A stretch of 33,599 bases of DNA from Nitrospinota bacterium (GTDB lineage Bacteria > UBA8248). Each line of letters begins with the position of its first letter. Positions within the stretch are counted from its first letter, which is position 1. The stretch lies in NCBI GenBank assembly GCA_011523725.1, contig WTGD01000348.1, positions 1 to 33,599 of the forward strand, written 5' to 3'. The notes below the pieces were generated by a model that had not been told where the DNA came from, ran no database searches, and saw nothing but the letters and a program-made list of their open reading frames with translations. Made by a program: the position numbers and the translations under genes. This document shows, one piece after another, positions 8,290 to 16,626 of the stretch.

Positions 8290-10701
8290 ATGTCCATAAA
8301 TTCCATTCCCGAAATGCTGGAGATTCCGGTCGAGGGCATGTCGTGCGCGGCGTGTTCCGCGAGGCTGGAAAAACGACTCGGCGCGCTCGACGGCGTTTTG
8401 CGCGCGAACGTGAATCTGGCCCTCGCGCGCGCGCAGGTCGAGTTCGTTCCCGCCCAGGTGACGCCCGCCGACATCACCAGGAGGGTGGAAAAAACGGGGT
8501 TTCGCGTTCCGCACGCTCACGTCGAGTTCACGATAGAGGGGATGGAGGCGGCGGCGGACGCCACGGGCCTGGAAGAGCGATTGAGCGGGTTGGACGGCGT
8601 CATGTCCGCCGACGTGAACCTTGCAAGCGGCCGCGGTCATGTGGAATTCCAGCCGGCTCTGGCTCGCGCCGATGAGATTGTTGATTACGCGGCCAGAGCG
8701 GGGTATTCGCTCCGGCCCGTGATCGATGAGGAACAGGATGCGGAAAAAATCAAATGGGAGCGCGAATTCAGGAAAAGTGTGCGTCTGCTCGTGCTCTCCG
8801 CGGTTTTGTCCGCGCCTCTTCTCATACAGATGGCGGGGATGTTCCCCGGCGCGGGGGGCTGGGAGTTGCCCAGATGGTGGCAGTTCGCGCTCGCCACGCC
8901 CGTGCAGTTCATCGTGGGCCGTCGGTTTTACCAGGGCGCGTATCATTCGCTCATGGGCGGCGGCGCGAACATGGACGTTCTCGTCGCCCTGGGTACGAGT
9001 GCGGCCTGGCTGCACAGCAGCGTGGTGACGCTGTGGGGTCTGAGCGGGCATCACGTGTATTTCGAGGCGTCCGCGGTTCTGATCACGCTCATCGTGCTCG
9101 GGAAAGTGCTCGAAGAGCGCGCCATGGGCAGAACCTCGGAAGCCATCAAGAAGCTCATGGGCCTTCAGGCGAAGACGGCTCGTGTGCTCCGCGACGGGGA
9201 AGAACGCGAGGTTCCCGTGGGCGAGGTCCGCGTAGACGACGTCGTAATGGTGCGCCCGGGCGAGAAATACCCCGTCGACGGAGTCATCCTGGAAGGCGCG
9301 ACTTCCGTGGATGAGTCGATGCTGACGGGCGAGAGCGTTCCCGTGGCGAAAGGCGTGGGAGACGCCGTTACCGGGGCCACGATCAACATCGACGGGGCGG
9401 TAAAGTTCCGTGCCTTGAGGGTGGGGAAGGAAACGGTGCTCGCGCAGATCATCCGCATGGTGGAGCAGGCGCAGGGCTCCAAGGCGCCGATTCAGCGCAC
9501 CGCGGACAGGGTGTCGGGCATATTCGTGCCCATCGTCCTGGGAATCGCTCTCCTCACATACATTCTTTGGGACTTTACGGGGCCGTTCACGCCCGCGCTC
9601 ATCAACGCCGTCGCCGTTCTGGTCATCGCCTGCCCGTGCGCCTTGGGACTGGCGACGCCTACGGCCATCATGGTGGGCACGGGGAAGGGGGCCGAGGTCG
9701 GGGTTCTCATCAAGGGCGGCGAGGCACTCGAGACGGCCCACAGGCTCGACGCGGTCATTCTGGACAAGACGGGCACGCTCACGAAGGGGACGCCCGCCGT
9801 AACCGACCTGTTGCCGCTGGGTGGACTCTCCCAGGAGGAGTTGCTCACGCTCGCGGCGAGTGCGGAGCGGGGTTCCGAACATCCCCTGGGAAAGGCGATA
9901 GTGGATGAGGCCAAAGCGCGCGGCGCGGAATTGCTCGATATGCGCGATTTCCGCGCCTTTCCGGGGCATGGCCTGGAAGCGAATGTGGGTGGGCGGAAAA
10001 TCTATCTGGGCAACGAGAAGTTCATGGCGGAGCGGGGCGTGGACGCGCCTGAGCATATTGATGAGATTCGTCGCCTGGAATCGCAGGGGAAAACCGTAAT
10101 CTTCATCGCGGATGGAGATAGCCTGCTGGGCGTCATCGGCGTCGCTGATACCCTGAGGGAGAATTCTGCGGAAGCGGTTGCGGCTCTCCAGAACATGGGA
10201 ATCGAAGTCTACATGATGACGGGCGACAACGAGCGCACGGCGCAGGCCATAGCGGCGGAAGCGGGAGTTTCTCACGTGATGGCGGAGGTGATGCCGGATG
10301 AAAAGGCAGATATGGTGCAGCGGCTCAGGAGAGAGGGGAAAAAGGTGGGCATGGTGGGCGACGGCATCAACGACGCTCCCGCACTGGCCGCCGCGGACGT
10401 GGGCTTCGCCATCGGCACGGGCACGGACATCGCGATGGAAGCGTCGGACATCACGCTGATGCAGGGCGATCTGACGGGCGTCGTATCGGGAATTCACCTC
10501 TCGAAGACCGTGTTGCGGAAAATCCGCCAGAACCTTTTCTGGGCGTTTTTCTACAACATTCTCGGCATCCCCTTGGCGGCGTTCGGGTTCTTGAGCCCCA
10601 TCGTCGCGGGGGCGGCCATGGCGTTCAGTTCCGTTTCCGTCGTCTCGAACACCCTGTTGCTCAGAAACTGGAAGCCCCCTCGTTCGGGGAGTGTGAGCTA
10701 G
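8290..10701 (+). CDS. copA: copper-translocating P1B-type ATPase
   Basis: 803 aa. Features: an N-terminal HMA domain with [14 protein letters not shown], the transmembrane CPC motif ([12 protein letters not shown]), phosphorylation site DKTGTLT, MTGDN and GDGINDAP. Confidence 0.95.
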   Translation: MSINSIPEMLEIPVEGMSCAACSARLEKRLGALDGVLRANVNLALARAQVEFVPAQVTPADITRRVEKTGFRVPHAHVEFTIEGMEAAADATGLEERLSGLDGVMSADVNLASGRGHVEFQPALARADEIVDYAARAGYSLRPVIDEEQDAEKIKWEREFRKSVRLLVLSAVLSAPLLIQMAGMFPGAGGWELPRWWQFALATPVQFIVGRRFYQGAYHSLMGGGANMDVLVALGTSAAWLHSSVVTLWGLSGHHVYFEASAVLITLIVLGKVLEERAMGRTSEAIKKLMGLQAKTARVLRDGEEREVPVGEVRVDDVVMVRPGEKYPVDGVILEGATSVDESMLTGESVPVAKGVGDAVTGATINIDGAVKFRALRVGKETVLAQIIRMVEQAQGSKAPIQRTADRVSGIFVPIVLGIALLTYILWDFTGPFTPALINAVAVLVIACPCALGLATPTAIMVGTGKGAEVGVLIKGGEALETAHRLDAVILDKTGTLTKGTPAVTDLLPLGGLSQEELLTLAASAERGSEHPLGKAIVDEAKARGAELLDMRDFRAFPGHGLEANVGGRKIYLGNEKFMAERGVDAPEHIDEIRRLESQGKTVIFIADGDSLLGVIGVADTLRENSAEAVAALQNMGIEVYMMTGDNERTAQAIAAEAGVSHVMAEVMPDEKADMVQRLRREGKKVGMVGDGINDAPALAAADVGFAIGTGTDIAMEASDITLMQGDLTGVVSGIHLSKTVLRKIRQNLFWAFFYNILGIPLAAFGFLSPIVAGAAMAFSSVSVVSNTLLLRNWKPPRSGSVS

Positions 10702-10758
10702 ATACGGGATGCGGGCTTAAGCACTCAGCGATTCGATTTTTTCTTGGAGAGACATGAA

Positions 10759-10965
10759 ATGGCTAAAGTGGAAATAGTCGTAGGCGGAATGAGTTGCGGG
10801 ATGTGCCAAACCGCAGTGGAAGAGGCGCTAAGCGGTGTGGAAGGGGTGGCCGAGGCCGCCGTCGACTTGGAAGGAGGCAGGGCGACGGTGGTTTTCGATG
10901 AGGGGGCGACGAACCTCGACACCTTGCGCACCGCCGTTGAGGACGCCGGATTTGATATGGAATAA
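10759..10965 (+). CDS. copZ: heavy-metal-associated (HMA) copper chaperone
   Basis: 68 aa from ATG 10759, with GGAGAG 7 nt upstream (the track ORF starts at TTG 10744). Sequence MAKVEIVVGGMSCGMCQTAVEEAL... carries the GMxCxxC metal-binding loop and a ferredoxin-like HMA length. Confidence 0.85.
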   Translation: MAKVEIVVGGMSCGMCQTAVEEALSGVEGVAEAAVDLEGGRATVVFDEGATNLDTLRTAVEDAGFDME

Positions 10966-11036
10966 GGTACAAGTTAACAGATAGTTATATGCTATATATC
11001 AAGTAAATTCTCGATTCTTTCAGATCGTTCTTAGCC

Positions 11037-11663
11037 CTATCTCGGTTGTCCGTCCTCGAAACTTCTCTCCAGAAACTCCCCGAGCGTGCACTGCCAGAAG
11101 CCATTCAGGCGACCGATGGGTTCGAGCTTTTTCATGTCGATATAGGCACCCGTCATGACGTCCGGGTTGACGTGGAAATAGACGACTTCCCCGATCAGGA
11201 GCGGGTGCTTGTTCGGTCCCAGTTCGAACACATTGTGGGTCTTGCACTCGAAGTGAATGGGCGCGTCCTTGATGCGCGGCGCCTTCACCTTCTTTGCGGG
11301 TATCGGCTCGAGGCCTGTGGCGTCGAATTCGCTCTCCTCCGCCGGGATGCCGTTCGCCGTGTCCACCATCTGCTCCCAATGGCGGTGGGTGACGACGTTG
11401 AAGCAGAATTCCCCGGTTTCCTGCGCGTTGATGAGGGTGTGCTTCTTGGTGCCGTCGGGGTTTCTCGCCACGGTGAGCGATATCATCGGCGGCGCCACGC
11501 AGACGCAGGTGAAGAAGCTGAAGGGCGCGATGTTGTGGATCCCCTCCTTGCTGATGGATGACGCCCAGCCGATGGGGCGGGGGACGATGGAGCCCGTGAG
11601 CAGGCGGTAAATCTCGCGCCGCTCTATCTCGTCGGGGTCGAATTCCAGGTATTCGCTCATCAA
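11037..11663 (-). CDS. flavin reductase-like FMN-binding domain protein
   Basis: 208 aa. The N-terminal region ...YRLLTGSIVPRPIGWASSISKEGIHNIAPFSFFT... is typical of the flavin reductase-like (split-barrel) domain family. Confidence 0.8.
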   Translation of the reverse strand: MMSEYLEFDPDEIERREIYRLLTGSIVPRPIGWASSISKEGIHNIAPFSFFTCVCVAPPMISLTVARNPDGTKKHTLINAQETGEFCFNVVTHRHWEQMVDTANGIPAEESEFDATGLEPIPAKKVKAPRIKDAPIHFECKTHNVFELGPNKHPLLIGEVVYFHVNPDVMTGAYIDMKKLEPIGRLNGFWQCTLGEFLERSFEDGQPR

Positions 11664-11706
11664 GAAAGTCCTCGAAATGGCTGTAGGCGCTTACGAATTA
11701 TCGCAA

Positions 11707-12474
11707 TTACGACATGTAGCGTCCCGCGTTCACGGCGATAGTCTGGCCCGTGAGGTAGGCGGATTCGCGCGAGGCCAGCATGAGCACCCAGCCCACCATG
11801 TCCTCCACATCGGCGATGCGGCCCAAAAGCGTGCCCTTGCCGATCATCTCGCGCTGCTCTTCGGAGCGCACCGCGATGACGCGCTCCGTCGCCGTCGTTC
11901 CCGGCGCGATGGCGTTCACGCGCACGTTGTATTTCCCCAGATCGTAGGCGAGCACGCGGGTCAGGGCGTGGACGCCCGCCTTGGCCGCCGCATAGGGCGG
12001 GGATGAGGGCTGGAGCGTCGTGATGCCCGACATGGAGCCCAGGTTGATCACGCAGCCGCTGTTTTGCTTCTCGAAAACGGGCGTGAGGTATTTCGAGGTC
12101 AGGAACACGCTTTTCAAGTTCCTGTCCACCACGGCGTCCCATTCGTCTTCGGAAGTATCGCCCATGGAGAGCTGCTGGTGAAAACCGCCAGCGGAATTGA
12201 CGAAAATGTCGATGGCGCCCGCCTCGCTCGCGATGCGCCCTATCATCTGTTTCACGGCCACCGAATCCGTGAGGTCGCAGTCGATGAAAGTGGCGTCGCC
12301 TCCACCCTCGCGGATGGCGGCCGCGGCCGCTTCTCCGGGTTCGACGTCGATGTCGACGAGATACACTTTGGCGCCCGCCTCGGCGAACCGCTCCGCCGAT
12401 CCTTTGCCGATGCCGCGCGACGCGCCCGTGATGACGGCGACCTGTCCGGAAAAATCAAAACTCGTCTTGCCCAT
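11707..12474 (-). CDS. SDR family NAD(P)-dependent oxidoreductase (FabG-like)
   Basis: 255 aa. It has TGxxxGIG (VAVITGASRGIGKG), NSAG, and the catalytic Ser...YAAAK (GSMSG...PPYAAAKAGV), followed by the PG motif (IAPGTTAT). Confidence 0.9.
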   Translation of the reverse strand: MGKTSFDFSGQVAVITGASRGIGKGSAERFAEAGAKVYLVDIDVEPGEAAAAAIREGGGDATFIDCDLTDSVAVKQMIGRIASEAGAIDIFVNSAGGFHQQLSMGDTSEDEWDAVVDRNLKSVFLTSKYLTPVFEKQNSGCVINLGSMSGITTLQPSSPPYAAAKAGVHALTRVLAYDLGKYNVRVNAIAPGTTATERVIAVRSEEQREMIGKGTLLGRIADVEDMVGWVLMLASRESAYLTGQTIAVNAGRYMS

Positions 12475-12503
12475 GAATCGTTCTCCTCAGGGATGATGAA
12501 TCT

Positions 12504-13424
12504 TTAAGATCTCAAGAATTTCAATACGCGCTCGTTGAAAATATCGGGTTGCTCCCACTGGGCCATGTGCCCGGCGCCCGGAATGATTTCCAGTTCTGCA
12601 TGGGGGGCGGCTTTTTGGCAAGCGCTGCGGCGTTCTTCGAGCGTAGGGTAGGCGATGACGTCGGCGTCTCCCCACAATATGAGCAACGGCATGGAGCACG
12701 CCGGAAGCAGATCGGGCAGGTAGGGCTCGCGGTTCATGGCGTAGATGTTCATCCTCGAGTTTTTGAGGTTCGCCCATGCCTGGGAGAGGTACGCCTCATC
12801 GGCGCACTCCGGGTTCTTGAACATCAACGCCTTTTGGTTGTGAACGAACACCGCGTGCTTCTCCTCCGGGCTCATCTCCCTGGTGGCGCGGCGCTCATCG
12901 CCGAGCTTGACGTCGCCCGTGATCCCCAGACCCCCCGGACCCAGCAGAACGAGTTTTTGGAATCGCGAGGCGTTTTCCTGGCAATACGTCGCGCTCATCG
13001 TCGCACCGAACGAAAATGCCACGCAGGCGCATTTCTTGATTCCAAGCCCGTCGAGCAGCCGCCCGATGCCCCGCGTGACGGAGGCTGCCGTGTGCGGTTT
13101 CGGCGGCGCGTAGCTCTCGCCGAAGGCGGGCAGGTCGACCGCCAAAGTGCGGTAATGCGCGGCGAAGAAGGCCTGGTTTTTTGCCCAGTGGTTCGCCGCC
13201 CCGAAGCCGCCATGAACGAGGAGGAGGGGTTCTTTGCCGCCGTCCCCCGCCTCAGTATAGGCGAGCGGGCCGTCGGGGGTTTGCAGTGCTTTGGATATGA
13301 GACGAGCCAATGAGGATCCTCTGATGGTTGCGATTTGGTGGAGGCTATCACTTTTCGCCCGAAGCTGTGTAGCCGGTTCGGGATTTTCGCCCGCCGGATT
13401 TTGTTTGTTCCGAATCCATGACAT
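12504..13424 (-). CDS. alpha/beta fold hydrolase (meta-cleavage-product/ester hydrolase-like)
   Basis: 306 aa. It has the oxyanion region LLLVHGGFGAANHW, a nucleophile elbow (VAFSFGA), and a C-terminal ...IPGAGHMAQWEQPDIF... His motif. Confidence 0.85.
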   Translation of the reverse strand: MSWIRNKQNPAGENPEPATQLRAKSDSLHQIATIRGSSLARLISKALQTPDGPLAYTEAGDGGKEPLLLVHGGFGAANHWAKNQAFFAAHYRTLAVDLPAFGESYAPPKPHTAASVTRGIGRLLDGLGIKKCACVAFSFGATMSATYCQENASRFQKLVLLGPGGLGITGDVKLGDERRATREMSPEEKHAVFVHNQKALMFKNPECADEAYLSQAWANLKNSRMNIYAMNREPYLPDLLPACSMPLLILWGDADVIAYPTLEERRSACQKAAPHAELEIIPGAGHMAQWEQPDIFNERVLKFLRS

Positions 13425-13518
13425 AGCGATTCGTTCGTTTGCATATGATACGTCGAATTGCAGAAGGAACCTGCGGACCTTGCGAGAGAGTGAGCGCGAT
13501 TCTCAAGCGCATGGTGCG

Positions 13519-13680
13519 CTAGAAAGCGCCTTTGATGAGTTCGATGAACGTGTCGATGATTCCGTTGTCATAGAGCGTCCACGCCGTCACCACGACGACG
13601 AGCAGGAGAACGCTCAGGAGCAGATATTCGAGAAAGCCGTGCTTGACGGCGGCGGGTTTTGGGGGATTTCTTTTCGCCAT
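13519..13680 (-). CDS. small single-pass membrane protein (53 aa), hypothetical
   Basis: Not in the ORF track. Hand translation: MAKRNPPKPAAVKHGFLEYLLLSVLLLVVVVTAWTLYDNGIIDTFIELIKGAF. It has a basic N-terminus, one hydrophobic helix and GC-rich third positions. It lies upstream of, and on the same strand as, the hydrolase/SDR/flavin reductase genes. The RBS is weak (GGGAAA). Confidence 0.4.
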   Translation of the reverse strand: MAKRNPPKPAAVKHGFLEYLLLSVLLLVVVVTAWTLYDNGIIDTFIELIKGAF

Positions 13681-13867
13681 ACGGTGGTTTCCCGGCGCTT
13701 GGATGAAATGCTGGGCGGGCTGTTTGCTGAATTATAGACGCAATTTCCCGCCGATGAAACCTGAATCGCGCGTGAGGAAAGTTTGAATAGACAAGGGTGG
13801 GACATCCGTTTATGGTATACACATCACGAGCCGTCTCATCTTCGAATCGCGGAGTTTTATATCGCAC

Positions 13868-14446
13868 ATGGATTCTGCCAAACATAATTTCGGCGAAGTC
13901 AAACAAATCAGAACCGAAGCGATCGGCGTCGCGGGAAAGAGGATTTTCCGCATCCTGATCGATTGTCCCACGAAGGCGGCCGCCACGCTCTGGCTGGAGA
14001 AGGAACAGGTCTACGGCCTTTCGATGGCGATGAAAAAAATGGTGGAGGCGAAAGGGCAAGGGGAACGCTCGGACGAAGAACCGGATTTTCCCGACATTGC
14101 CGAGGTCGGCTCCACCCCGGTGAGTTCTGAAGGGTTGCTCGAATTCAAGGTGAGCCGATTGGGGCTGGCGTATGGCCCGGGCAAGAGCCACGTCACGGTC
14201 TTTTTCTACGATGAACGCGACGAGGTTGCTTCGGAGAGTGGTTCTTCCGAAACAGAGGAATACGAAGAAGAAACCGTCGGCCCCGCCGCGCTGCAGGTGA
14301 GTCTCGAACATGCGCAGTTGGATGACTTCATCACCCAGAGCCTCGATGAATGCTCCTCCGGGCGGGGTACGGATGCGCTCTCTCGTCATGCCATGGTGGC
14401 CACCGGTAAGGTCGACCCCAATACGAACGGGCATTTTCGTCACTAA
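13868..14446 (+). CDS. DUF3090-like protein (TIGR03847-type), function unknown
   Basis: 192 aa. As I recall the family, three segments match: the N-terminal half ...AIGVAGKRIFRILID....ATLWLEKEQVYGL..., the middle EFKVSRLGLAY, and the C-terminus ending ...DPNTNGH. The acidic linker is SESGSSETEEYEEE. The assignment is from memory and needs an HMM check. Confidence 0.7.
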   Translation: MDSAKHNFGEVKQIRTEAIGVAGKRIFRILIDCPTKAAATLWLEKEQVYGLSMAMKKMVEAKGQGERSDEEPDFPDIAEVGSTPVSSEGLLEFKVSRLGLAYGPGKSHVTVFFYDERDEVASESGSSETEEYEEETVGPAALQVSLEHAQLDDFITQSLDECSSGRGTDALSRHAMVATGKVDPNTNGHFRH

Positions 14447-14478
14447 ATCGCCCTTATTCTATTCGACAGGAATATCTC

Positions 14479-15264
14479 GTGGCCCGGAAATTTTCTCCTC
14501 CTGAAGGCCCCGAAACGGTGGATGCGGCCGAATCGCAGGCCTATCGCTTCGAGCCGGCGGAAATCGAGAACCTTTTGCTCAACTCGGAAATTCTGGGCGG
14601 CGAGTTGGTGCCGCAAGGCTCGAACTACACGTTCGCCGTGAGGATGGGCGCGGAGGATTTCCAGTTCTGGGGGATATACAAGCCCGCGAGCGGGGAGCGC
14701 CCCCTTTGGGATTTTCCCTACGGAACGCTCCATTTCAGGGAGCGGTGCTCTTTTCTGGTGAGTCATCATCTGGGATGGCACCTGGTTCCCCCGACGGTGA
14801 TTCGCGAGGGCCCGCACGGGGAGGGCTCCATGCAGCTGTGCGTGCCCTATGACGGGAAATCGAACTATTTCACGCTCCGGGCGGAAGGCCGACCGGAACT
14901 GGTGCTGATCGCTGCGTTTGACATCATGGTGAACAATACGGACCGCAAGGGAGGGCACTGCTTCCAGTCTGAAGACGGCCGCGTCTGGGGAATCGATCAC
15001 GGCCTCACGTTTCATGCAGAGCCCAAGCTGCGCACCGTCATCTGGGACTATGCGGGCGTTTCCCTGCCCGAGGCGCAGTTGAGCGACGTCAAAAGACTGG
15101 AGGCCGGCTTGCGCGATAGCGATAGCTCTTTGAGGCGTGAAATGGACGAGCTCCTGGAACCCGAGGAAGTGGAAATTTTTCTGGAAAGGGTGATCCGCTT
15201 CCGGAAGAATCCGTGCCTGCCGACGCCCGAGGAATACCGGCGACTGCACTGGCATTTCGAATAG
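14479..15264 (+). CDS. SCO1664-family protein (TIGR03843-type), PI3/PI4-kinase-like catalytic domain
   Basis: 261 aa with a GTG start. Family-like segments are ...PQGSNYTFAV....YKPASGERPLWDFPYGTLHFRERCSFLVSHHLGWHLVPPTV.REGPHGEGSMQ... The kinase-like catalytic loop is NNTDRKGGH and the metal-binding motif is GIDHGLTF (a DFG equivalent). Confidence 0.7.
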   Translation: MARKFSPPEGPETVDAAESQAYRFEPAEIENLLLNSEILGGELVPQGSNYTFAVRMGAEDFQFWGIYKPASGERPLWDFPYGTLHFRERCSFLVSHHLGWHLVPPTVIREGPHGEGSMQLCVPYDGKSNYFTLRAEGRPELVLIAAFDIMVNNTDRKGGHCFQSEDGRVWGIDHGLTFHAEPKLRTVIWDYAGVSLPEAQLSDVKRLEAGLRDSDSSLRREMDELLEPEEVEIFLERVIRFRKNPCLPTPEEYRRLHWHFE

Positions 15265-15309
15265 TTTCGAAAACGCCCGGGAAAACGGTGAGACGCTGAG
15301 GTGTAGGCG

Positions 15310-16626
15310 ATGCGCGCCCATACGAGCCTGACCGGGAATCGGCTGATTTCCTTTCTTATCTGCTTCGTTCTAAGCTCGACTCTCGTCGGGTGCCTGGAGA
15401 CTTCGCGCGTGCGCAGGAGGCCGCCGCGCGATATTATGAACGAAAAACGCTGGTTCGTTCACGACAACCCCGCTCATCCACAATCCAAGGTGTTTCTGGC
15501 GGAACTCGACGAGTTCGATTTTCAGCGAGCGAAACGGACACATTCGTCCCGCGCGTATAAGGAGTATCTGGAATATCATTTTACCGGCAAATACTTCCGC
15601 CGGGCGCGCTACTGGCGGGAGCAACTCCTGTATCAGGAAGCGCTCGGATCGAAAAAACCCGGCGTTCTCGAAGAGTTCCTGAAGCGCTTTCCCGAAGGCT
15701 GGTTCGAGACGCCCTCCGACATAGATACCCAAAAGAGTGAATATGAAGTTTTGAGAGGAAAAGACGAGGTCGCATCCTACAGGGTCTTTATTGAAAAATA
15801 CAAAAAGGCACGGAGCGAGTGGACCGAAGCGGCGACCCAGCGTCTCGAAAGACTCCTGCTCGATGCGGCGAAAGCCTCGGGCGATGTTCTCGGCCTCGAA
15901 AGGTTTGTCTTCGACAATCCCTTCAGCCCGTATCTTGAAGAGGCGAAGGACGCTTTGCGCGCGGCGGGATTCGAGAGGGCGATGCGATCCGGCAAGGAGG
16001 CGGACTGGAAGGCCTTCATTCGCAGATTCGAAGGCTCGAAAGAGGCGGCTCTCATGCAGCAACACATGGAGGCGCGGGCCCTTGCAGGAGCCAAGCGTTC
16101 GGGGCGAGTCGCGGCGCTGGAGCAGTTTCTCGTGCGCTACCCCGGTTCGGCGCACAAAGGGCGAATCCTCTCCTCCATCAACAAGATGGCGCAGGAGAGG
16201 AACCAACAGGTTCATCGGTGGGTGCGCGTGGAGAACGCCGAAGTCGAGGTGTTCCGGAAACCCAGATGCAAATCCTGCAGGCCCTATCTGCGCGCCCAGG
16301 GCGCTCTGCTCAATACGGACTCCGATTTTGCCTTCGACGTAGGCTTGCAGGTCGAACTCATCCGGAGCGGGAAAAAATGCTGCCGCACCAGGTACTGGCT
16401 CAGAGGTTTGAGACCCGGGGAGAGTCGTCCGTTTTCATTCCCGATACGCGGGAAATCTCCCAAAAGAGGCAGTCCTGCTCCCCGCTACGAAATCGAAGTG
16501 ATATCGGGCTCCGCGTATCGCAATCCACAGGAGGAGCGAATCATGGAAATCGAGGGTTTGGGCGGGAGAGGCAAGGGTCCCCAAAGCGATCGATTCGCGC
16601 CGGTACGAGTTCCCAATCTGAATTAG
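15310..16626 (+). CDS. lipoprotein with about six degenerate helical repeats (TPR/YbgF-like) and a Cys-containing C-terminal domain
   Basis: 438 aa. The signal peptide plus lipobox is ...FLICFVLSSTLVGC. The recurring ~35-aa motif is x-(Y/L)-x-x-F-(L/I)-x-x-(Y/F)-(P/x): AYKEYLEYHF, LEEFLKRFPEG, YRVFIEKYKK, LERFVFDNPFSPY, WKAFIRRFEGS, LEQFLVRYPGS. The C-terminal ~150 aa contains CKSC and CC. Confidence 0.7.
   Translation: MRAHTSLTGNRLISFLICFVLSSTLVGCLETSRVRRRPPRDIMNEKRWFVHDNPAHPQSKVFLAELDEFDFQRAKRTHSSRAYKEYLEYHFTGKYFRRARYWREQLLYQEALGSKKPGVLEEFLKRFPEGWFETPSDIDTQKSEYEVLRGKDEVASYRVFIEKYKKARSEWTEAATQRLERLLLDAAKASGDVLGLERFVFDNPFSPYLEEAKDALRAAGFERAMRSGKEADWKAFIRRFEGSKEAALMQQHMEARALAGAKRSGRVAALEQFLVRYPGSAHKGRILSSINKMAQERNQQVHRWVRVENAEVEVFRKPRCKSCRPYLRAQGALLNTDSDFAFDVGLQVELIRSGKKCCRTRYWLRGLRPGESRPFSFPIRGKSPKRGSPAPRYEIEVISGSAYRNPQEERIMEIEGLGGRGKGPQSDRFAPVRVPNLN

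Noticed and set aside
7417-10497. 1026-aa ORF on the minus strand, the longest ORF in the window
   Set aside because: It lies entirely antisense to the well-supported htrA-like and copA genes. Its translation is low-complexity and R/H/G/A/P-rich with no recognisable motif. Long stop-free antisense frames are expected in high-GC DNA with GC-rich third positions.
14350-14409. Alternative frame at the DUF3090 3' end encoding MLLRAGYGCALSSCHGGHR, which contains Cys and His residues
   Set aside because: I considered it as a frameshifted remnant of the family's Cys motif. The spacing (CxxxxC) and flanking residues do not match the recalled CPxCG...CPR pattern, it ends in a stop after 19 codons, and the main frame keeps the terminal DPxxNGH. 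It is most likely coincidence.
13568-14443. 291-aa minus-strand ORF opposite the DUF3090-like gene; also ORF 14443..15321 (-) opposite the kinase-like gene
   Set aside because: The plus-strand proteins carry recognisable family segments. The minus-strand translations are Arg/Gly/His-rich with no motifs.
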